From assembly GCF_000009965.1 (NCBI RefSeq), contig NC_006624.1:690001-722000 (forward strand): a DNA stretch of 32,000 nt. Direction: 5' to 3'. Of the stretch, positions 25,550 to 32,000 are shown piece after piece. The notes beneath the pieces are model-generated. The model searched no databases. It had not been told where the DNA came from and saw nothing but the letters and a program-made list of their open reading frames with translations. The first letter of the stretch is position 1; each line of letters opens with the position of its first letter. Position numbers and translations under genes: made by a program. Origin of the DNA: Thermococcus kodakarensis KOD1. GTDB taxonomy: Archaea > Methanobacteriota_B > Thermococci > Thermococcales > Thermococcaceae.

Positions 25550-26434
25550 TCAGAGCTTCTTCCCCTCAAAGAACTTCTTCACCAGCTCGGGCTTCGGCTC
25601 GCGCTTCCAGAGCGGTGTCTTGTCCTTCTTATAAGCTGGAACCTGCTCCTCAAAGGTGGGCTTCTCGTGGATGTAGAATATTCCGAGCGGGAGCGGGTCG
25701 CTCTCCAAAGCCCTTCTGAAGGCAGCCTCCCTGTCGTAGGGGTCGTGGTCGTCCATCCAGTATGTGTGCTCCCTGTACCAGGCGTAGGTGTTCACCTTGT
25801 TGAAGCTCACACACGGGTGGAGGATGTCCACTATGGTCAGGCCTTTGTGCTGGATGGCCTTCTTGATGATCTCGACACTCTCCTTGAAGTATCCCATAAA
25901 GGTTCTCGCGACGAAGGAAGCATCCAAGGCTATCGCTAGGGCGAGCGGGTTGAAGGGCTCCTCAAACACTCCCCACGGCTGGGTGGGGGTCTTCATGCCC
26001 TTCATGGTAGTTGGAGATGCCTGTCCTTTAGTCAGTCCGTAAACCTGGTTGTCGTGGATGAGGACTGTTATGTCAGGATTCCTCCTTATGGCGTGGAGCA
26101 AGTGATTTCCGCCCTCGGCGTACATATCACCGTCTCCACCCTCGGCTATGACCGTAAGCTCGGGGTTGGATGCCTTCACACCAGTGGCTATCGGAATAGC
26201 CCTCCCGTGGAGTGTGTGGTAGCCGTTGACGTTGATGTAGTGCGGCATTTTTGCCGCCTGTCCAATACCGCTGATGATGGCAACCTGGTTGGGCTTTAGC
26301 CCGAGTTCGGCCAGTGCTGAGATGAGAATGTTCCTTATGCCGAAGTTGCCACATCCAGGGCACCATGCTATATCTTGGCTTCCGGGTCTCTTCGGCTCGA
26401 AGAGCTCCCTCCCAGTGGGAAGCTGGACGTTCAT
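25550..26434 (-). CDS. 2-oxoacid:ferredoxin oxidoreductase beta subunit (TPP-binding)
   Basis: CPGCGNFG cysteine motif at the N-terminus, and TPP motif GGDGDMYAEGGNH. ATG overlaps the alpha-subunit stop (ATGA). Confidence 0.9.
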   Translation of the reverse strand: MNVQLPTGRELFEPKRPGSQDIAWCPGCGNFGIRNILISALAELGLKPNQVAIISGIGQAAKMPHYINVNGYHTLHGRAIPIATGVKASNPELTVIAEGGDGDMYAEGGNHLLHAIRRNPDITVLIHDNQVYGLTKGQASPTTMKGMKTPTQPWGVFEEPFNPLALAIALDASFVARTFMGYFKESVEIIKKAIQHKGLTIVDILHPCVSFNKVNTYAWYREHTYWMDDHDPYDREAAFRRALESDPLPLGIFYIHEKPTFEEQVPAYKKDKTPLWKREPKPELVKKFFEGKKL

Positions 26435-28143
26435 TCTATCACCCCCTTGAGGCCCTCAAGAACCTCTTCAACCGAGAACGGCCTCCCGTCGTACTTCAGG
26501 ATTTTATGGTGCACCTCTATGCCAAGCTCCTTCCTGAGAAGCTCTGCGAACTGGCCGGTGATGTTGTTCTCCACATCGATGAGAACCTTACCTTCGAAGA
26601 ACTCCCTTACCTTCGGTTTGAGTGGATAGACCCAGCTGAAGTGGAGCAGAGCAACGTCGTCCCTTCCGAGCTTCTCAAGGGCCTCTTCAACCACGTGGAG
26701 CGTCGAACCCCATGCTATCACTAAGTATTTGGCATTCTCGCTCCCTATAAGCTTCGGAAGCGGCGCGTTCTTTTTTATGGTCTCAAGCTTCTTGATGGCC
26801 CTCTTCTCCTGCATCTTTATCGTGAGCTCGGCGTCTTCAGTTATGTCGCCCCACTCGTCGTGCTCGTTTCCGTTGGCAATCACGACCTCTTCTCCGTAGC
26901 CTGGAACCGCCCTCGGCGAGATCCCGTCCTCTGTAAGCTCGTACCGCCTATAACCTGGCTTCGCCTCGACGATGTAGCGCTCGAACTTGACTTTCTCCAT
27001 ATCCGGAGCAGGGAGGTTGTAGTAGGTGTCAACGAAGTACTGATCGGTGAGAATTATCACGGGAACCTGGTACTTGTCCGCTAAATTGAACGCCTCCGCC
27101 GTAAGGTAGAACGCCTCCTCAAGGCTTCCTGGGGCTAGGATTATCCTCGGGAAGTCGCCGTGGCCGGAGTAGAGGACGAGGTTCAAATCGCCCTGCATCG
27201 TCCTCGTTGGGAGACCTGTAGCAGGCCCTGGCCTTTGGGCAAGGTGCACCACCACAGGGTTCTCCGCCATTCCGGCTAAGCTTATCGCCTCGCTCATCAA
27301 CGCGAAGCCGCCGCCAGAAGTGCTCACCATCGCCCTCGCTCCAGCGTACCACGCTCCAAGCGCCATGTTTATGGCCGAAATCTCGTCCTCGACCTGCTCG
27401 ACGATTATCCCAAACTCCTCCGCGTGCTGGGCCGCGAAGGTTGAAACTCCCGTTGATGGGCTCATGGGATAGAAGCTCAGGAAGTCCATACCCCCAGCGA
27501 AGGCGCCTATTCCGACCGCTTCCGTGCCGGTCAGGAGGACTTCATCCTTAACTTTCTCATCTCTCTCAACCTCGATCTTGATAGTCCCTTCCTCGCAGAG
27601 CTTCACCCCCAGCTCGTAGCCCTTTCTTGCCGCTTCGATGTTCTTCTGGACAACGTTCTCGCCCTTGCTTCCGAAGCGCTTCCTTATGTATTCCTCAACA
27701 GCCCCAAAGTCTCCGTGGAAGAAGCCGACTATCAGGCCGGCCGCTGTAGTGTTGAGGTAGAGCTGGCTTCCGACTTCCATGACCATCTTCGTGAGCGGGA
27801 CTTCGACGAGGTTGACCTTGTCCAAAAACTCCTCCTCAACGTTTTCTTTCTCCCCTAAGACGACGGTGTTTTCTCCGAGCCTGTCTCTAACCCAGCTCAG
27901 AACGCCCTGCTTGAAAGGCACGAGGATGTCTATCCTCTTCACGAAGGCCCTGACGCGCTTTGAAGAAACGCGTATCTCCGTGGTGTTTATTCCGCCCCTG
28001 ACTCGGGACATGTACTCCTTGTTTGCATAGACGTGGTAGCCGGACTTCTTGAGGGCGTGGGTGAGGATTTCCTCAACCGTCTGGATGCCCTGTCCGGCCG
28101 CTCCGCCGAGAACTATGGAGACGTCTTCCTTAAACTCACTCAT
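26431..28143 (-). CDS. 2-oxoacid:ferredoxin oxidoreductase alpha subunit (fused gamma-alpha type)
   Basis: 570 aa. N-terminal gamma-like domain (VLGGAAGQGIQT…) fused to an alpha domain (…FLSFYPMSPSTG…, …VSTSGGGFALM…). SD GGTGGTGAGG precedes the ATG. Confidence 0.9.
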   Translation of the reverse strand: MSEFKEDVSIVLGGAAGQGIQTVEEILTHALKKSGYHVYANKEYMSRVRGGINTTEIRVSSKRVRAFVKRIDILVPFKQGVLSWVRDRLGENTVVLGEKENVEEEFLDKVNLVEVPLTKMVMEVGSQLYLNTTAAGLIVGFFHGDFGAVEEYIRKRFGSKGENVVQKNIEAARKGYELGVKLCEEGTIKIEVERDEKVKDEVLLTGTEAVGIGAFAGGMDFLSFYPMSPSTGVSTFAAQHAEEFGIIVEQVEDEISAINMALGAWYAGARAMVSTSGGGFALMSEAISLAGMAENPVVVHLAQRPGPATGLPTRTMQGDLNLVLYSGHGDFPRIILAPGSLEEAFYLTAEAFNLADKYQVPVIILTDQYFVDTYYNLPAPDMEKVKFERYIVEAKPGYRRYELTEDGISPRAVPGYGEEVVIANGNEHDEWGDITEDAELTIKMQEKRAIKKLETIKKNAPLPKLIGSENAKYLVIAWGSTLHVVEEALEKLGRDDVALLHFSWVYPLKPKVREFFEGKVLIDVENNITGQFAELLRKELGIEVHHKILKYDGRPFSVEEVLEGLKGVIE

Positions 28144-28250
28144 GCTTCCTCACCACCAGGGCCGCCCTGGGTCTGCCCTTTGGGAGGGCCCTTCCCTTGG
28201 GTATCATCCTAAAACTAAAAACGGAGAGAATGCGCCTTAGAGCACTTCTG

Positions 28251-28263
28251 TTCATTTTTAACC
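28251..28263 (-). promoter_or_regulatory. Candidate TATA box for the oxidoreductase operon (implies ~85-nt leader)
   Basis: Minus strand reads GGTTAAAAATGAA, about 114 nt upstream of ATG 28143. No better AT-rich element lies closer to the gene. Confidence 0.35.
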
Positions 28264-28287
28264 ACCAACAGGTAATAGTATGCAAAA

Positions 28288-28297
28288 CTATATAAAG
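28288..28297 (+). promoter_or_regulatory. TATA box for msrAB
   Basis: CTATATAAAG is centred about 37 nt upstream of ATG 28330. GGAG lies about 9 nt upstream of the ATG. Confidence 0.45.
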
Positions 28298-28329
28298 ATT
28301 TCCGACATCATTCGGTTGGAGATGTGATA

Positions 28330-29346
28330 ATGGGTGGTATCAAAATTGAACCTAAGACGGCAATATTCGCCGGTGGCTGCTTCTGGTGCATGGAGGAGGC
28401 CTTTGAGAGACTTCCCGGAGTGATTGAGGCAATCTCTGGCTACACCGGCGGCTGGGTGGAAAATCCAACCTATGAGCTCGTCTCAACAGGTGAAACCGGC
28501 CACAGGGAAGCGGTAAAGGTGATTTACGATCCATCAAAAATTTCCTACGAGAGACTTTTGGATGTTTTCTGGCGGAACATAGACCCCACGGATCCAGGCG
28601 GCCAGTTCGCCGATAGGGGCGAGCAGTACAAGACCGCTATATTTTACCTCGACGAGGAACAGAGGGAACTCGCGGAAGAATCGAAGAGAAGGCTTGAGCT
28701 TTCGGGAATATTCGACGAGCCGATAGCTACCGAGATTCTGCCAGCGAAGGAGTTTTATCCGGCTGAAGACTACCACCAGGGCTACTACTTCCGCTTTGAG
28801 GCGAACTACAAAGGCTACAAGCTCTACTCTGGAAGACTGGGCTTCATAAAGTCCGTTTGGGAGAAAAACCGGCACTTCAGGCTCTTCCCTGAGAGAGAGG
28901 GCTACTGGCTCGGCTATGTTAAGCCCAGCGACGCAGAGCTTAAACGTCAGCTAACTCCCCTCCAGTATAGGGTTACACAGCTCGGAGATACGGAAGAGCC
29001 TTTCCACAACGAGTACTGGAACAATCACGAGGAAGGAATATACGTTGATGTGGTCTCCGGAGAGCCCCTGTTCAGCTTGCTCGACAAGTATGACTCCGGA
29101 ACCGGATGGCCGAGCTTTACAAAGCCCCTGGAAGAGTGGGCAGTCGTTGAGGCTGGAGAGTGCGAGGGCTTCCTCTGCGGGCGGGAAGTCCGGAGCCGCT
29201 TTGCAGGTTCCCACCTCGGACACGTCTTCGACGAGCCCACACCAACGGGAAAGCGCTACTGCATAAACTCCGCGGCACTTCGCTTTATTCCAAGGGATGA
29301 GCTTAGAAGATACGGCTACACCGCTTACGAGGGGATTTTTAAGTAG
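28330..29346 (+). CDS. msrAB: Bifunctional methionine sulfoxide reductase MsrA-MsrB fusion
   Basis: MsrA active site [11 protein letters not shown]. The MsrB half has …GTGWPSF… and the catalytic …[16 protein letters not shown] 28330 preferred over GTG 28324. Confidence 0.92.
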   Translation: MGGIKIEPKTAIFAGGCFWCMEEAFERLPGVIEAISGYTGGWVENPTYELVSTGETGHREAVKVIYDPSKISYERLLDVFWRNIDPTDPGGQFADRGEQYKTAIFYLDEEQRELAEESKRRLELSGIFDEPIATEILPAKEFYPAEDYHQGYYFRFEANYKGYKLYSGRLGFIKSVWEKNRHFRLFPEREGYWLGYVKPSDAELKRQLTPLQYRVTQLGDTEEPFHNEYWNNHEEGIYVDVVSGEPLFSLLDKYDSGTGWPSFTKPLEEWAVVEAGECEGFLCGREVRSRFAGSHLGHVFDEPTPTGKRYCINSAALRFIPRDELRRYGYTAYEGIFK

Positions 29347-29513
29347 TCATCCTAAAAATTAGGTGAGGGTTCATGGGAGTGGTAATACGGGGGAGAGATC
29401 AGGAGTTTCCTGTCAGGAGGGATTCCTGGTACTTAGTCGTCTATTTTAACGAAAGCCTCTAGTATCTCTCTATTCCATCTTCCAGCGAGAAAGATCTTGA
29501 AAGGCTCGCTCTC

Positions 29514-29795
29514 GTGAGATTCCTCTTTGAACTGTCTGATGTTCCACACATAGTTTTTGGCATGGCCAGGGAGGGCGTTTATGAACTCGGTGAGAAGTTT
29601 TTCGAGCGGCTCAAAGAGGAACACGGCATAGACTCGCGCTCCAGTACTGAGAAAGACGCCCTGACTCTCCTTAATGAACTTGAAAAGATGGAGGCGTTCT
29701 ACACAGGGCTTGGCTTCCTTGAAGACCTTGAAGAAGTGATGGACATAAGAAAAGCCGCGATGGAACTCCTTGAAAAACTGAAAAATGGAAAGTGA
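29514..29795 (+). CDS. Hypothetical helical protein, possibly the 3' part of a disrupted 140-codon gene
   Basis: The ORF-track 93-aa frame is helical and acidic (…EKDALTLLNELEKMEAFYTGLGFLEDLEEVMDIRKAAMELLEKLKNGK). The same frame is open from ATG 29373 (SD AGGTGAGGG) except for a single TAG at 29460-29462. A codon-aligned antisense ORF (29433-29624) competes with it. Confidence 0.4.
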   Translation: MRFLFELSDVPHIVFGMAREGVYELGEKFFERLKEEHGIDSRSSTEKDALTLLNELEKMEAFYTGLGFLEDLEEVMDIRKAAMELLEKLKNGK

Positions 29796-29796
29796 A

Positions 29797-30588
29797 CTAA
29801 TTTCTGCTCCTTATTTCTTCCAAAAGGCTGCTGACTTCTTCCGCGCTGAGCGGCCAGGGGTAGATTCTAAGGTCGGCGATGTCCCCGTGGAAGTAGAGGA
29901 ACTCTGGCGTTACAGAGTCCGCCGTCTTTCCGTAGCCGAGGGTGAAGAGCTCCTTCCCCGGGATGTCGACACAGAAGAGCCTCATGCTCTCGTTCCCGAA
30001 GTTGTAGTGCCTCCAGGTCATCTCCCTTCCGTTCAGGTAGGCGGTGTTTCCATCCTCGCTCACGACCACGACGAGGTGATACCACCTTCCGGGCTTGAGG
30101 TTGAAGCCGCTGTCGAAGCAGAGGGCAGGCTTATCTCCCTCCGGAATCCAGGTGACGTAGAGCCTCCTGTTGTTCTCACCGTTGTGCCCTATCTCAATTA
30201 TGAAGAGGCTCTTTCCTTCCCTGTCGCCAAAGTAGAGGATTGGGAGGACATTCTGGTCGGTTTCCTCGTAGCGGAAGACGAGTGAAATAGCTCCAACCTT
30301 CATGTCCGATATTTCTCCGATGGCATTGCTGAGGTCAACGTAGCCGTTCCCATCAAAATGGAGCACTCTTCCATATGCAGTGACGTTGCCGATTAAGGTT
30401 CCATTGATGCTCTTGATGGGCCCAGTTGGAGTGGTGTAGAGTTTGAGCACCCCTTCTATGGGAGTCCCATCAATTGAGACTTCCTCCGATGTCTTCTTTG
30501 AGTTCTCTTGATAGATGGCACTTGCAACGACTCCAATCGCTATGAGGTCTATAACTATGGCAATGAGGAGTATCCTCGCCCTGTCCAT
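29797..30588 (-). CDS. Membrane-anchored LamG/concanavalin-A-like lectin domain protein
   Basis: N-terminal signal-anchor helix (RILLIAIVIDLIAIGVVASAIY), followed by a LamG-type jelly-roll pattern (…ISLVFRYE…, …RWYHLVVVVSEDGNTAYLNGRE…, …FHGDIADLRIYPWPLSAEEV). ATG 30588 is preceded by GGGTGGTGG. Confidence 0.75.
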   Translation of the reverse strand: MDRARILLIAIVIDLIAIGVVASAIYQENSKKTSEEVSIDGTPIEGVLKLYTTPTGPIKSINGTLIGNVTAYGRVLHFDGNGYVDLSNAIGEISDMKVGAISLVFRYEETDQNVLPILYFGDREGKSLFIIEIGHNGENNRRLYVTWIPEGDKPALCFDSGFNLKPGRWYHLVVVVSEDGNTAYLNGREMTWRHYNFGNESMRLFCVDIPGKELFTLGYGKTADSVTPEFLYFHGDIADLRIYPWPLSAEEVSSLLEEIRSRN

Positions 30589-30695
30589 GCCACCACCCAT
30601 TAGGACTAGAGAGGATGTCGATATTAGGGACTCGGTGAAACCTGCCTGGTTCGATATGTTCTACATGTTCCAAATCGTTTCTTTAGCAAGAATAG

Positions 30696-31433
30696 TCACT
30701 TTGATACTGTGGGCTTCAATTTTTTGGGAGCAGAAACGCCAATTCCGAGAACGGAGCGAAGCAGTTCTAATTCCCTCCTGTCCCAAGCATCTTCCTCGAG
30801 GAGAATTATGAGCGCACCGTTTTCGACCACGAGGATATCGTGTATTGTTGCCAGGGCCTTGAGGAGAGCCTTAAAATCGTTGTACATCGCGAGTAATTCA
30901 AGGCCCTCTACAAGAACCACCGGGGTTACACCCTTGTTCTTTGCCTCTGCAACGTATCTTGCCACCATGTCCACGATTTTATGGAGCTCGGTCGGGTATA
31001 TGCTCGTCTCGTCCCTTCCAGCAGCTGTTATCCAGTAGGTTTTCCATCCTGGAACGGAGATGCGCTTTCTCATGAAGGCCAGCACGGGATAGCCCTTCAG
31101 ACTTCTCTCCTCTATCTTCCGTGCTATGGTGACTCCAGACTTTATATTGATCTCTTCTGGAGTCTCCTCGATCATCCCTCCATGTAGAACAAGAAGGGAA
31201 TACGTTAACGTCACTATAATGGGAGCTGTTAAAACTACCCAATCGTTTGGATTGACAATTGGAACGCCCCGATTTCCAATCATAACAGCGGTACTGGTTG
31301 CTCCAACCCCGAGGAGAACTATGCTGGCCCCAAAGAGGTAGGCCCTCCAGCCGTACCGCTTTCCGAGGAACTCGATTATTAGAAAGCCCGCTAGGGCAAG
31401 GGTTATACCCGTGATCACATAAGGATAGCTCAC
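30696..31433 (-). CDS. DUF835-type protein (membrane N-terminus plus cytoplasmic KaiC/RecA-like-fold domain); possibly 5'-truncated by a frameshift
   Basis: 245 aa from GTG 31433. Three hydrophobic helices precede a soluble domain (…GYPVLAFMRKR…VVLVEGLELLAMYNDFKALLKALATIHDILVVENGALIILLEE…) that matches my memory of archaeal DUF835. The frame stays open and hydrophobic for about 40 codons upstream of the GTG. Confidence 0.7.
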   Translation of the reverse strand: MSYPYVITGITLALAGFLIIEFLGKRYGWRAYLFGASIVLLGVGATSTAVMIGNRGVPIVNPNDWVVLTAPIIVTLTYSLLVLHGGMIEETPEEINIKSGVTIARKIEERSLKGYPVLAFMRKRISVPGWKTYWITAAGRDETSIYPTELHKIVDMVARYVAEAKNKGVTPVVLVEGLELLAMYNDFKALLKALATIHDILVVENGALIILLEEDAWDRRELELLRSVLGIGVSAPKKLKPTVSK

Positions 31434-31492
31434 GGCCCCAGTTGGGCGCCCAACTCCCAGTTCAAGAACAAGTGCTCCGAGAACCGAAGAGC

Positions 31493-31777
31493 CTATGGGA
31501 AGGAGGTAGAGGCCGTTTTCATTGTGAGTGGCATCATAGTGTCTATGTTCTCCTCATCGAGGAGAAGATTAAGGGCCGTGATTATAGTCGTACCCACAAC
31601 ACCGACTATAAGGCCAAAAAGAGTAGGATCACCAATATAGGCAGCGTAATCTACAGCACCACTCAATAAAAGCGCGATTCCAAGGAATAGGGCCGATTTT
31701 CTCTTTGTTCGAAGATGGATGTAAGCGAAAACGAGGAGAAGGACTGTCCTTAGTGATGTACCCAAAAGTATGTTCAT
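31493..31777 (-). CDS. Small membrane protein, or the N-terminal fragment of the DUF835 gene
   Basis: 94 aa with three hydrophobic helices. It ends in a non-hydrophobic tail (…TMMPLTMKTASTSFP*) exactly where the downstream gene's frame becomes open. Confidence 0.5.
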   Translation of the reverse strand: MNILLGTSLRTVLLLVFAYIHLRTKRKSALFLGIALLLSGAVDYAAYIGDPTLFGLIVGVVGTTIITALNLLLDEENIDTMMPLTMKTASTSFP

Positions 31778-31807
31778 AAGCTTCCCTCTTTGGGGGTGGG
31801 GAAAGTG

Positions 31808-31816
31808 CTTTATAAC
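31808..31816. promoter_or_regulatory. Shared TATA element for divergent genes
   Basis: CTTTATAAC lies about 26 nt upstream of GTG 31838 (plus, leaderless) and about 35 nt upstream of ATG 31777 (minus). Confidence 0.4.
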
Positions 31817-31837
31817 GCTTTTGCCAAATTCTTGGGG

Positions 31838-32000
31838 GTGAGCGCATTGGCTAGTGATGAAAAGAAGAGGATAGGGATAAATGAAGTTAGAGCCATGGCA
31901 ATACGCTCCGAAATAGGCGCCGCCAGAGTGTATGAAGCACTTGCGGAACTTACCGAAAATGAAGAGATGAAGAAACTCTTCCTTACTCTGGCGAGGGAGG
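31838..32000 (+). CDS. Rubrerythrin/ferritin-like diiron protein (5' part, runs off the window)
   Basis: The frame from GTG 31838 reads VSALASDEKKRIGINEVRAMAIRSEIGAARVYEALAELTENEEMKKLFLTLAREE…. The E…Y..LA…(~30 aa)…LA.EE pattern is the first helix pair of ferritin-like/rubrerythrin domains. Confidence 0.55.
   Translation, partial: MSALASDEKKRIGINEVRAMAIRSEIGAARVYEALAELTENEEMKKLFLTLARE

Noticed and set aside
26271-26330. CUGAUGA … CUGA-GAUGAGA strings reminiscent of C and D'/C' boxes
   Set aside because: Spacing between the boxes (about 37 nt) does not fit the 12-nt guide architecture. No terminal D box is present. The strings lie antisense within the oxidoreductase beta-subunit gene.
28049-28240. 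63-aa plus-strand ORF spanning the oxidoreductase start and its GC-rich leader
   Set aside because: It overlaps the alpha-subunit N-terminus antisense. Its composition is P/G/W/S-rich, and it has no start signals. The GC-rich DNA is better explained as a leader or regulatory element.
29433-29624. 63-aa minus-strand ORF (VFLFEPLEKLLTEFINALPGH…EAFVKIDD) that reads quite protein-like
   Set aside because: It is codon-aligned antisense to the plus-strand frame. It starts at a GTG with no SD or TATA. The upstream continuation of its frame is F/K-rich nonsense without a start codon. The plus-strand frame has a strong SD at 29373 and extends further. It is kept only as an alternative in the corresponding finding.
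31629-31847. 72-aa minus-strand ORF across the divergent promoter at 31808-31816
   Set aside because: It overlaps the 94-aa membrane ORF in another frame and runs through the TATA element. Its basic, P/R/W-rich composition is unlike that of local genes.
1-32000. Searched by eye for CRISPR repeats, tRNA/rRNA genes, IS elements/transposases/integrases, inteins and long direct repeats flanking mcrBC
   Set aside because: I found no regularly spaced repeats of about 30 nt, no tRNA-like GC-rich cloverleaf segments in the short intergenic spacers, and no transposase or integrase motifs. Protein lengths of Top6A/B, GlmS and AglB leave no room for inteins. A computational repeat/tRNAscan/Infernal run would be needed to be certain.

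Overview
Dense chromosomal segment from a Thermococcus genome (Thermococcales, Euryarchaeota). The gene order and a 228-aa RNase HII match my memory of Thermococcus kodakarensis or a very close relative; a BLAST search is needed to confirm. I count about 34 protein genes with very short intergenic spacers. By eye I found no rRNA, tRNA, CRISPR array or IS element. Blocks in window order: (1) a RelBE-type toxin-antitoxin pair and GTP cyclohydrolase MptA. (2) A complete McrBC-type GTP-dependent restriction module whose McrB carries an unusually long (~395 aa) beta-rich N-terminal domain of unknown specificity. (3) A long minus-strand operon, aIF1A-Rio1-KH/Dim2-Top6B-Top6A, that continues by stop/start overlap into two uncharacterised HTH-containing genes (414 aa and 139 aa). 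(4) A ZnuBC-like ABC importer without a binding-protein gene, then RNase HII with a C-terminal PIP box. (5) A glycosylation neighbourhood: a PMT/GT-C-like transferase, glmS and aglB. A SAM methyltransferase and a leaderless 66-aa basic protein with PIP-like motifs (candidate TIP/PCNA inhibitor) sit inside it. (6) A tandem-domain hypothetical protein, a Zn-lid adenylate kinase and a coiled-coil protein. (7) An oxidative-stress cluster: flavodiiron FprA, peroxiredoxin, two-subunit 2-oxoacid:ferredoxin oxidoreductase, fused MsrA-MsrB, and a rubrerythrin-like gene at the right edge. (8) Two probably disrupted genes (one in-frame TAG, one frameshift in an A-run), a membrane-anchored LamG protein and a DUF835-type protein. 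The best candidates for undescribed biology are the McrB N-terminal sensor domain and the two genes translationally coupled to topoisomerase VI. All functional calls rest on motif recognition in the supplied translations; no database search was possible.
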